A DNA stretch of 64,000 nucleotides from Candidatus Staskawiczbacteria bacterium (GTDB lineage: Bacteria > Patescibacteriota > Minisyncoccia > Minisyncoccales > Staskawiczbacteraceae). The notes below the pieces were generated by a model. That model saw only the letters and a list, made by a program, of their open reading frames with translations, was not told the origin of the DNA and searched no databases. The number at the start of each line of letters is the position of its first letter. Position 1 is the first letter of the stretch. The stretch is taken from assembly GCA_041661545.1 (NCBI GenBank), contig JBAZUH010000001.1, forward strand, positions 83,877 to 147,876. Direction: 5' to 3'. This document shows positions 8,202-18,182 of this stretch, piece by piece. A program made the position numbers and the translations under genes.

Positions 8202-9311
8202 ATGGCAAATAATTTAGTACTTTATCGTAAATACCGGCCGCAGAGGTTTGAAGAAGTGATTGGGCAAGAGCACGTTGTTCAAACTTTAACCAATTCTATA
8301 AAAGGAAATAACATTTCTCATGCTTATTTACTTTCGGGGCCAAGAGGAAGCGGAAAAACAACTATTGCAAGATTATTTGCCAAAGCAATTAACTGTGAAA
8401 ACAGAAAAGACGGTCAATTTGAGCCATGTGACAAATGCGCCTCATGTTTAGAAATTATGGCCTCAAGGTCTATGGATTTAGTTGAAATTGATGCTGCTTC
8501 GCATACTGGTGTTGATGATGTAAGGCAGTTGATAGAAGGCATTAAATTTGCACCAGTAAAATCTAAATATAAAATATTTATAATTGATGAATGTCATCAA
8601 TTATCAAAATCAGCTGCCAACGCTTTATTAAAAACATTAGAAGAGCCACCAGCTCATGCAGTATTTATTTTAGCTACAACCGAATCTCATAAAATGATTC
8701 CCACAATTTTATCAAGATGCCAAAAGTTTGATTTTAAAAGATTGCATGTTTTAGAAATTATAAAAAAATTAGAATTTATTTCTAAAAAAGAAAATGTAAA
8801 GTTTGAAGATTCGGCGTTATCTTTAATTGCTTTAAATTCTAGGGGGTCATTTCGCGATGCAGAATCTTTATTAGACGAGTGTTTAAGTTTTGCGGGTGAC
8901 AAGGGTAATATAAAAACAGACGATATAAAAGAATTATTAGGCATTGTTGAAGTTGCAGAAATTTCTAAATTTGTTGATTTTATTATTTCTAAAAATACAA
9001 AAGGAGCAATAGAATTTTTAAATTTGATAATTGAAAATGGCGTTGATTTACAAGAATTTGCTAAAACTTTAGTTTTTTATTTAAGGCAAGAATTGCTTTT
9101 AAAAATAGATCCTAATTTTTTAAATTTACAAAACTCTGGGCTTTCTAATCAAGAATTAGAAAAAATGAAAACACAAATTGCAAACTTAACTCAAAAAGAT
9201 TTACAAGAAATGCTAGAGTTTTTTATAGATGCCGAAAACAAACTTAAATATTCAGCAATTCCGCAACTTCCTTTAGAGCTTGCAATTATAAATGCAATAA
9301 ATAAAAATTAA
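8202..9311 (+). CDS. dnaX: DNA polymerase III gamma/tau subunit (short form)
   Basis: YRPQRF, Walker A GPRGSGKTT, zinc module CxxC, DEC(H) box. Confidence 0.9.
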   Translation: MANNLVLYRKYRPQRFEEVIGQEHVVQTLTNSIKGNNISHAYLLSGPRGSGKTTIARLFAKAINCENRKDGQFEPCDKCASCLEIMASRSMDLVEIDAASHTGVDDVRQLIEGIKFAPVKSKYKIFIIDECHQLSKSAANALLKTLEEPPAHAVFILATTESHKMIPTILSRCQKFDFKRLHVLEIIKKLEFISKKENVKFEDSALSLIALNSRGSFRDAESLLDECLSFAGDKGNIKTDDIKELLGIVEVAEISKFVDFIISKNTKGAIEFLNLIIENGVDLQEFAKTLVFYLRQELLLKIDPNFLNLQNSGLSNQELEKMKTQIANLTQKDLQEMLEFFIDAENKLKYSAIPQLPLELAIINAINKN

Positions 9312-9314
9312 ACC

Positions 9315-9341
9315 AAAAAACCGCTGTTGAGGCGGTTTTTT
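9315..9341 (+). terminator. dnaX terminator, left copy of a duplicated terminator
   Basis: aaaaaaccgctgttgaggcggtttttt, nearly identical to 10363-10389. Confidence 0.75.
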
Positions 9342-9391
9342 GTTGCACAAAACAAACAATGGGCCCTTAGGCTGAAACGGGCGGCTATGAC

Positions 9392-9420
9392 TTGACAAGC
9401 CTACTTAAATATGCTATAAT
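9392..9420 (+). promoter_or_regulatory. Consensus sigma70-type promoter of GC-rich cassette B
   Basis: TTGACA 9392-9397, 17-nt spacer, TGcTATAAT 9412-9420. Confidence 0.75.
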
Positions 9421-9426
9421 GAATAT

Positions 9427-9629
9427 ATAGGATAAATTGACAGCAATTTGAAAATATACTAAGTGAATGCAGGTTTTTGCGTATTGCCCAGTGCAGTGCA
9501 TAGCAACCTGTATTCACTACGAATTCAGGGAGCTACCGTAAGCTCTGATTAATTTAACGTCGAATAGCCGAAAGGCATTGGAAAACTTTTCCGACGTTGG
9601 TTAAAGCGGAAATACAGAACAACCGAATC
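9427..9629 (+). ncRNA. Structured 5' leader RNA, copy B
   Basis: Homologous to 181-382. Helices 9463-9474/9506-9517, 9530-9534/9541-9545 and 9554-9562/9592-9604. Confidence 0.6.
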
Positions 9630-10190
9630 ATGAAAATATCGTTTAAATACGAGCAAACCCGTAGCAATATCGTTCGTTTTGCGCTTCGCAATGGGGCGGA
9701 TTCGAGCACGATGTTGAAAATCAGTGGCCTCGTTATCCCGCAGATTGCGGAGGCGGACTTCGCCTCCCTCGAAATCTGCGAGGGGGACGAAACCACGGTG
9801 TGGGACGCCCGTGCGGGATTGGTAGACCTGCTCGCCAGCAGGTGGGGTCTCTGCCAGAGTCAATGGGGCCGGCGAGTGGAGATTTCCACGAGCTGTGGGA
9901 AGCTCGTCGGGTCGACTTCGTCAGCCGAGGATATTTCCATTGATGCCATTGGTGACGTGGTTATCCGCGGATTTCGGCCGGAAACCTACGAGGGGGCGTA
10001 CAACGCCTACCTCGAAGGAACTGGCTGGTCCCTCGAGAAGACCGAAGGGCATTGGGAAATCGAGAAGGTGAAGTCCACTCTCGGCGAATTCTCATCGTTG
10101 GAGGACTACGAGCAAGCCCGTGTCAACGACGGCATGGGTTGCCGGTATCTGGAGCTTGAGGCTCCTGAGCCCGAGAAGATGCCCGCCTGA
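9630..10190 (+). CDS. Orphan acidic 186-aa protein, GC-rich cargo ORF of cassette B
   Basis: ATG at 9630. G-rich first and GC-rich third codon positions (GAG, GCC, GGC, CTC codons). No recognisable motif. Confidence 0.6.
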   Translation: MKISFKYEQTRSNIVRFALRNGADSSTMLKISGLVIPQIAEADFASLEICEGDETTVWDARAGLVDLLASRWGLCQSQWGRRVEISTSCGKLVGSTSSAEDISIDAIGDVVIRGFRPETYEGAYNAYLEGTGWSLEKTEGHWEIEKVKSTLGEFSSLEDYEQARVNDGMGCRYLELEAPEPEKMPA

Positions 10191-10325
10191 GTTCGTCTTT
10201 TTCCGGCTTTATGAAAAGCCGGCATGGGTATTGAGATCGTATCTCGAATACCTCGGGTCCTAACCCCGCGTGTGGCAATACGCCATTAATGGAGAACACG
10301 ATAAAGTTCTCCCCATTATTGAGCT
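10191..10325 (+). promoter_or_regulatory. 3' hairpin series ending in cassette-end module, copy 3
   Basis: Hairpins 10203-10222, 10229-10252 and 10291-10312, then CCATTATTGAGCT (10313-10325). Collinear with 635-760. Confidence 0.55.
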
Positions 10326-10361
10326 AATAACAATTTGTTTTTATTTCATATTGGGTAAATT

Positions 10362-10389
10362 AAAAAAACCGCCGTTGAGGCGGTTTTTT
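10362..10389 (+). terminator. Cassette B terminator, right copy of the duplicated terminator
   Basis: aaaaaaaccgccgttgaggcggtttttt. Confidence 0.75.
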
Positions 10390-10511
10390 GGTTGGCTCAC
10401 TTGGCTAAATAATTTTAAGTAAAAAGTTTATTTAACAGAAAAAAGTTATCCACATACTTGTGTGTTCTAAAAAGGTTATAATAATATAATAATATTTACC
10501 TTTTTAAATTT

Positions 10512-12158
10512 ATGTTAGAACAACAATTAATAGATTATATAACAAAAGCAAAAGCAGCTGGTCAATCAGATGAGCAAACACGTAGTTTATTATATAAAAA
10601 TGGCTGGACTGAGACAGAAGTAGGAGAAGCATTTTCTGCAATATCTCAACCTCAACCAGTAAGCAAAATTCAGCCTGAGCCAGAAATAAAAAGCCAGCCT
10701 GAACCAGCTACTCAAACACAACAGCCTACCAGCCCGCTAGATACAAAACCTCAACCAGAGCCCAAAACAGAGCCACAAATCCAACAGCCTCAAATTAGGC
10801 GGATTCAAACACAACCACAACCAGTAACAACTGCAATGCCAGAATCCATGCCTCATATGAAACATCAATCTAATGCACTTTTAAAAACATTAATTGTTTT
10901 AGTTATTTTGGTTGTTTTGGGTGGAGCAGGTTATTTTGTGGCTGGACAATATATCAGTCTTCCATGGAATCCTTTTGGACCAAGTTCAGAAATGGTTATG
11001 AGCAAAATGATAGAAAATATGGGAAATGCAAAATTTTATAGTTCAGCGTCAATTATAGAAGCTGATGTTATAGATAATGCTAGCAAAACCCCTCAAGGAA
11101 AATTTTTATTAAATGTAAATAGTGAAATAGATTCAACTGATAGCAATAACATAAAAGCAACTGGAGATGTTAAAGCGAATTTTACAGCTCAAGGATCTGA
11201 TTCCCCGGTTATTTCATTTGACGTTAATACGGTTGCTATTGGTAGTAGCTCTTATCTAAAAATAAATAATATTATAATTCCAAATGAATTATCTCTTCGC
11301 GGATTAGATATGACTCAAATCAATGGAAAGTGGTTTTTAACAGACAAAGATTCTATAAAAACTTTGTCTCAAATTTCATCATCCAATGCAGTTGCAGATG
11401 AAAATTCACAGATTGATAATTTAGATTTAGCCAAGCAAATGAAAGATTTTTTGACTTCAGAAGGCATGCTTTCTAGCGTTAAGAAATTGAAAAATGAAAA
11501 TATTGGTGATAATAAGGTGTATCATTATTCAGCTAAAATAAATAATGAGAAATTAAAAGGCTTAATAAATAAAATAAGCTCATCTGTTTCAGAAGAAACA
11601 ATTCAACCCATTATAAATAATTTTATTTTAAATTTGGGAGATATAAATATAGATATGTGGATTGGAGTAGATGATTATATGCTATATCAGTACAAAATTA
11701 GTAAAACTTTTGACTTAAACCCAATGATTGGAATGCCAACTAGCCTAAATTTAAAAATAGAGAGTAAAAATTCTAATTTTAATAAATCAATAACAGTTCA
11801 GGCGCCAGAAGGTGCGCAAAAAATAGAAGAAGTTGTTGGGCCAGTATTGAAAATTCAAAAAATAGAATTGGGCATGAGGCAAATAGGTGCGCTGGCATTA
11901 TTATCATACAATGATAGCAGTACATATTCTTCTTTGTGTGCCAAGAGGTTGTTAAATGGGTATCTTGCTAATTACGGAGAAGATTTAGTAAAAATTCATA
12001 CCAACATAGTGGCTCAGGGTGCACAAAAACCAGCATGTTTTGCAAATGATCAAAATTACTGCGTATCAACCCAACTAGCAAATGGCAATTATATTTGTGT
12101 GGGTGTTAATGGCATTGGAGCAACAAAATGTATTTCAGCCTCTACAGTTTGTAAATAA
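10512..12158 (+). CDS. Membrane-anchored protein with P/Q-rich linker and Cys-containing C-terminus
   Basis: N-terminal helical domain, PQPEP-type low-complexity tract, one TM helix (LIVLVILVVLGGAGYFVAG), large extracytoplasmic part. Confidence 0.6.
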   Translation: MLEQQLIDYITKAKAAGQSDEQTRSLLYKNGWTETEVGEAFSAISQPQPVSKIQPEPEIKSQPEPATQTQQPTSPLDTKPQPEPKTEPQIQQPQIRRIQTQPQPVTTAMPESMPHMKHQSNALLKTLIVLVILVVLGGAGYFVAGQYISLPWNPFGPSSEMVMSKMIENMGNAKFYSSASIIEADVIDNASKTPQGKFLLNVNSEIDSTDSNNIKATGDVKANFTAQGSDSPVISFDVNTVAIGSSSYLKINNIIIPNELSLRGLDMTQINGKWFLTDKDSIKTLSQISSSNAVADENSQIDNLDLAKQMKDFLTSEGMLSSVKKLKNENIGDNKVYHYSAKINNEKLKGLINKISSSVSEETIQPIINNFILNLGDINIDMWIGVDDYMLYQYKISKTFDLNPMIGMPTSLNLKIESKNSNFNKSITVQAPEGAQKIEEVVGPVLKIQKIELGMRQIGALALLSYNDSSTYSSLCAKRLLNGYLANYGEDLVKIHTNIVAQGAQKPACFANDQNYCVSTQLANGNYICVGVNGIGATKCISASTVCK

Positions 12159-12206
12159 TTTTAAAAACAAAAAACTCGACTAAAAGCCGAGTTTTTTGTT
12201 GTAATG

Positions 12207-12277
12207 CTGCGGGACTAGGACTCGAACCTAGATACCAGCCTTCAAAGGGCCGTGTCCTACCATTAGACGATCCCGCA
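12207..12277 (-). tRNA. tRNA-Gln (anticodon UUG)
   Basis: Manual cloverleaf with acceptor UGCGGGA/UCCCGCA, anticodon loop CUUUGAA and T-loop UUCGAGU. Confidence 0.85.
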
Positions 12278-12467
12278 ATACGATATTAAAATAATAACAT
12301 TGTTTTTTATTTTTTTCAATCTTTATAGTTAAAAATTAGTATTAATATTTTTTTGTTTATAATTGACTTATTTGTTTTTTTTAGTTAATGTAATTTTGGT
12401 GTTTGCTGTGTTAGCAAATATGATCTTTGACAACCAACCACAAGATGCAGAAGATGAATTTGAATGA

Positions 12468-13967
<1,500 letters not shown>

Positions 13968-14076
13968 TTTAGTAGGTTCGTATAGCGTTTTTTCCAGCTT
14001 GGAAACTGCGCTCTTTTTTTGCAACAATGTAGGCAAGGTGGTAAAATAGAAAAATATAATATAAAAATATTTAGTT

Positions 14077-14979
14077 ATGGCCTCTTGGTTAATAGTTACT
14101 ATTCTATCATATTTTTTGTTTGCTTTATCTTCAATAGGCGACAAATTATTTTTAAAGGGAAAGCCTACGCCAGCTTCCTATGTTTTTTATGTTTCGGTTT
14201 TTGGTTTATTGGTAATTGTTTTAATCCCCTTCGCTAATTTTAGTATTCCGGGATTAGTTTTATTGGGATGGATTATATTAACAGCTCTAACGCGATTTAT
14301 GGCAGTATATTTTGCCTATGTTGCAATAGAGAAATTTGAAGTATCAAGAGTTGTTCCGTCCATCGGAGCTATTCAGCCAATTTTAATGTTTTTCTTGGCT
14401 TGGGCGTTTTTTGGAGAGTATATAATATCATCTAAAAATATTTTAGCTTTTTTACTTCTTCTTTTGGGAGGAGTTTTAATTTCTTTAGAGAAAAAAATAA
14501 AATTTAATCTAAAATATATAGGGCTTACTTTTTTAGTAGCGCTTTTAATATCTTTAGATTTTACTTTTGCTAAAATAATTTATTCTAGTACATCATTCTT
14601 AAACGGCTTTATCTGGATTTTCATATTTATTTTCTTTTTTGCAATGTCATTGCTTCTGTTTAAAGGGCCAAGAAAAGAAATTTTCTCTAAATCAGTTGTT
14701 TCAAACAAAAGTGAGCAAATTTTATTTTTGGGTACGCAATCTTGTGGGGGATTAGCTAGTATTCTTTATAATCTGGCAATCTCGTTGGCTCCAGCGGCAT
14801 TTTTTGCGATTATTAGCTCGCTTAAGGGGGTGCAGTATGCTTTTTTATTTTTGATAGCATTGGTTCTATCAATTTTTTGGCCTAAAATATTTAAAGAGAA
14901 TTTATCAAAGAATATAGTTATTAAAAAATTATTTGCAATAATAATTATTATTGCTGGGCTAATTATTTTAGCAATATAA
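14077..14979 (+). CDS. EamA/DMT-type 10-TM transporter
   Basis: Two-fold repeated 5-TM hydrophobic pattern. Confidence 0.55.
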   Translation: MASWLIVTILSYFLFALSSIGDKLFLKGKPTPASYVFYVSVFGLLVIVLIPFANFSIPGLVLLGWIILTALTRFMAVYFAYVAIEKFEVSRVVPSIGAIQPILMFFLAWAFFGEYIISSKNILAFLLLLLGGVLISLEKKIKFNLKYIGLTFLVALLISLDFTFAKIIYSSTSFLNGFIWIFIFIFFFAMSLLLFKGPRKEIFSKSVVSNKSEQILFLGTQSCGGLASILYNLAISLAPAAFFAIISSLKGVQYAFLFLIALVLSIFWPKIFKENLSKNIVIKKLFAIIIIIAGLIILAI

Positions 14980-15032
14980 ATTATAAGTAGCAAAAAATCC
15001 GCCGATAAGGCGGATTTTTTGTTTTCTATCTA

Positions 15033-15287
15033 TTAAGATAAATGTTTTGAAACTAATTTTGTCATTTCAAACATATTTACTTCTGCTTTTCCAAAAACTG
15101 GTTTTAGTTTATCGTCAGCAAAAATATTTCTTTTGTTCTTTGGGTTTTGTAGGTCGTTCTTTTTTATGTAAGCCCAAAGTTTTTTTACAACTTCACTTCT
15201 TGGCATAGGACCTTTTCCTACAACTGCCTCTAAGTCGGCAGATAACTTTAACGGCTTCATGAAAGCCGAATTTGCTTTTCCTGGCAT
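15033..15287 (-). CDS. SWIB/MDM2 domain protein
   Basis: SxxLAxVVG...PRSEVVKKLWAYIKKNDLQNP..KRNIxxDDKL pattern typical of SWIB. Confidence 0.8.
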   Translation of the reverse strand: MPGKANSAFMKPLKLSADLEAVVGKGPMPRSEVVKKLWAYIKKNDLQNPKNKRNIFADDKLKPVFGKAEVNMFEMTKLVSKHLS

Positions 15288-15630
15288 TATATTTATGAAA
15301 CACTAAACTTGAAATTTGAAACTAATGTGTCAGATTTTAAGGTGGGTGCTTCAATTAATTATCTTGATAGTTCAAGATAAATGTTTATTTATTAAATGAT
15401 TCTAACCTACTTATACTATAATGATTGCACATCTTCCCTTGTAAAGCAAGAGAGACGTCAATATTGTGTCAACCCCGTCACTAATTTCAGCCAAGTTTAT
15501 TTGCACAGTGCAGTAATAAAAAAGACGAAGCAACTCCGCTCCGCTCCGTTTGTCATCGTGGTAGTAGAAAAATTATTGGTAAAATTAGTGAGGGGTTTCG
15601 CGCGGGTAAGGTAATTATAATTCCGCGCTC

Positions 15631-15666
15631 AAAAAAAGAGCCCCAGTAGTAGAGATTACTATGGGG
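15631..15666 (-). terminator. Terminator of GC-rich cassette C
   Basis: Minus-strand hairpin ccccatagtaat...tactactgggg followed by a U-run. Confidence 0.6.
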
Positions 15667-15686
15667 TAAACGCAAAAGCGCATAAA

Positions 15687-16058
15687 TCAGTGGACGCCGT
15701 TGCCCCAGGGAGTCTGCAGGCAGGCTTTGCGCCTGGCTTTCATTTTTGCCACTTGCCTTTTGATGGCGGTGACTGCGGGCCTTTCGCGCTGGAGAAGAAA
15801 GGTGTGTGGATGGATTTGTCCCTTGCCTTCTTGGCTCCAAATGCAGACGTCAATTTTCAAAGTGTGCCGGCTGTTCCAGAAATTCTGCGCTTCTTTGAAT
15901 GAGCACTCCCACAGGTAGTGGCGTTTGCCATCGGAGCATCTCTGCCAGAAGCCATCGATGACATTGGGGAGATTCTTTGCAATAACTTCGTTGGCGTGCG
16001 CTACATCTTTGCCGGTTGGTTCGATAAACCATCTATGAAACCTTGTTGTGTTGGCCAT
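15687..16058 (-). CDS. Orphan 123-aa protein, GC-rich cassette C
   Basis: ATG at 16058 downstream of minus-strand promoter TTGACA (16131-16126)-N17-TATTGT. Coding-like codon pattern, no motif recognised. Confidence 0.5.
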   Translation of the reverse strand: MANTTRFHRWFIEPTGKDVAHANEVIAKNLPNVIDGFWQRCSDGKRHYLWECSFKEAQNFWNSRHTLKIDVCIWSQEGKGQIHPHTFLLQRERPAVTAIKRQVAKMKARRKACLQTPWGNGVH

Positions 16059-16206
16059 AATTGTCGGGGTTGGTTGTGAATGTTCAAGGGGGAGCAAGGT
16101 TAACAATATATCATTTTTAGGTAATTGTCAACCTGTTTTAATGCTATATTTCACTATTGATTCGCTTGCAAATTAGGAGTATAATTAATTAATATAATAT
16201 AGATAT

Positions 16207-17352
16207 ATGAGCAAGAATATCGTAATAAATGACCCTAATGAGGGTGTTTTAATTAAAGAATTAGAAGTCCGAACAGATATTAAGGCCGAAAGAATTAAAA
16301 GATTATTAAAGCTTCCTGATTTAACAAAAAAGGAAAACTCTCCGGTTAAAATTTTAGTTGACAGAATTTTAGAATTACCAAGATTTTCAGATTTTGATTT
16401 AATAAAAATACCTAAAATAACTACAGTTGAAAATGAATTTAATATTTTGAATTCTCCAAAGGATCATCCAACGCGCAGGGAAACAGATACCTTCTTTATA
16501 GACAATACAAATCATTTACGCACGCAAATGACCGTAATGTGGCCATATTATTTAAAAAATTCTGAGGTTCTAGAAAAATTGGAAAAAGAAGGAGAAGTGC
16601 GGGCATTATCTACTGGAATTGTTTTTAGAAAAGATGAAATTGACAGAAAGCATTTTCCTGCTTTTCACCAAATCGACGGTCTTTTAATTTGCAGAAAGGA
16701 CAAAAAAATAATTACTCTAGATGATTTAAAAGAAGTCGAGATAGACATGACAGAAAGTATTTTTGGTAAAGACATTGAATATAGATTTTTGGTTGATTCT
16801 TTCCCATTCACGGACCCTTCTGTGCAAATTGAAATTATGCATAATGGCGATTGGTTAGAAGTTGTTGGTTCTGGTTTAGTTCATCCGCAAGTTTTAAAAA
16901 ATTTAGATATTGATCCAGAAATTTATAATGGTTGGGCATTTGGATTTGGAATTGAAAGACTGGCAATGGTAAAATTTGGAATACCCGATATTCGCGTTTT
17001 TTGGTCAGAAGACTCACGAATTACTAGCCAATTTAAAGATATAAATAGTAAATATAACCCAGTTAGCAAATACCCCTCGACCTCGCGAGATATTTCTTTT
17101 ATAATTGATAAAAGTGTTAATTTAAATAACTATTATGAAATTGTAAGAGATTTTGCTGAAAATTTAATTGAAGAAGTAAAATTGGTTGATGAGTTTGAAG
17201 ATGATGCAAAATTTGGGGCAGATAAAAAAAGCTATACATTTAGAATTGTTTATTGTTCGCCAGAAAGAACTTTAACCAACGAAGAAGTAAATAAAATTCA
17301 AGAAGAAATAAGGTTGGAGACCGTAAGAGAGTTAAAGGCCGTACTTAGATAA
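16207..17352 (+). CDS. pheS: Phenylalanyl-tRNA synthetase, single-chain type (alpha catalytic core fused to FDX-ACB anticodon-binding domain)
   Basis: Class II motifs (FRKDEIDRKHFPAFHQIDG, GWAFGFGIERLAM). C-terminal ~95 aa (SKYPSTSRDISFII...KKSYTFRIVY..ERTLTNEEV) resembles the beta-subunit B8/FDX-ACB domain. No pheT adjacent. Confidence 0.85.
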   Translation: MSKNIVINDPNEGVLIKELEVRTDIKAERIKRLLKLPDLTKKENSPVKILVDRILELPRFSDFDLIKIPKITTVENEFNILNSPKDHPTRRETDTFFIDNTNHLRTQMTVMWPYYLKNSEVLEKLEKEGEVRALSTGIVFRKDEIDRKHFPAFHQIDGLLICRKDKKIITLDDLKEVEIDMTESIFGKDIEYRFLVDSFPFTDPSVQIEIMHNGDWLEVVGSGLVHPQVLKNLDIDPEIYNGWAFGFGIERLAMVKFGIPDIRVFWSEDSRITSQFKDINSKYNPVSKYPSTSRDISFIIDKSVNLNNYYEIVRDFAENLIEEVKLVDEFEDDAKFGADKKSYTFRIVYCSPERTLTNEEVNKIQEEIRLETVRELKAVLR

Positions 17353-17437
17353 TTAAAAAGTCCCGATGAGCGAAGCTAGCGGGATCCCGATGCCAGAATG
17401 GCCATCGGGAAATTAAACGCTCAATTAAGATAAAAAT

Positions 17438-18154
17438 ATGAAAGAGCCCGGAGAGCCAAAATTTGACGATTTAACACCAGATGAGATAAAGAGAAAAGAA
17501 AGAATGGAAACTAAATTATATTTGGCTCGCGATATTGATGGTGAACCAAATAGCGAAGAGTTGCAGGCTATAAGACAGCTTGAACAAGAATTATCGAGCA
17601 GGGAAGATTTTATCGGTATAGCTCCATATGGTTCAGTTGTAGCAGGATATAACACAGATAATTCTGACTTAGATTTAATAATTTTATATGATAATTCGCA
17701 AGAATCTAGAGGAAAGATTCCTAAAATTGAGTATGGATTAAAGCAAATATGCGAGATGATAGGCAAGGCGAATAATATTGAAATATCACCCGATCTTGTT
17801 GGCATTGATTTAGAAGCAGTTTTGTCTGACATAAAGCGCAGTTTTTCTGGAGATAAAATGAATATATTCCCAAGGAGAGCATTGATCTCATTGTCGAGAT
17901 TAGCAATAGGAAACAAAGTTGATGACTATCGAAGGATAATTGCAGAAGAATTACATAAGTTAACAAAAGACCAACAAGAAGAAGTTATTGCAGATTTAGT
18001 TTATGCTTTACACTTCATAGATTCGGCAAGTGGGCTTAAACGTTCGTCAAAAATGAGGAGAATGTGGATACATGAACATGACGAAATTATAGAAAAAAGA
18101 AAAGAATTGTGGGAAAGAAGAGTCAGAAAAATTTGGGGAATTGAAAAAGAATAA
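17438..18154 (+). CDS. Nucleotidyltransferase-fold protein
   Basis: GIAPYGSVVAGYNTDNSDLDLIILYD (GS...DxD minimal NTase motif). Confidence 0.5.
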   Translation: MKEPGEPKFDDLTPDEIKRKERMETKLYLARDIDGEPNSEELQAIRQLEQELSSREDFIGIAPYGSVVAGYNTDNSDLDLIILYDNSQESRGKIPKIEYGLKQICEMIGKANNIEISPDLVGIDLEAVLSDIKRSFSGDKMNIFPRRALISLSRLAIGNKVDDYRRIIAEELHKLTKDQQEEVIADLVYALHFIDSASGLKRSSKMRRMWIHEHDEIIEKRKELWERRVRKIWGIEKE

Positions 18155-18182
18155 TTTTAAAAAGTAATTTATATTAAAAATA

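Noticed and set aside
10446-10454. Perfect DnaA box TTATCCACA
   Set aside because: It is a single isolated copy. About one such 9-mer is expected by chance in a 64-kb window on two strands, and there is no box cluster or dnaA/dnaN nearby.
12420-12467. 15-codon upstream ORF (MIFDNQPQDAEDEFE) before purA as a leader peptide
   Set aside because: There is no supporting attenuator structure or conservation evidence, so it may be chance.
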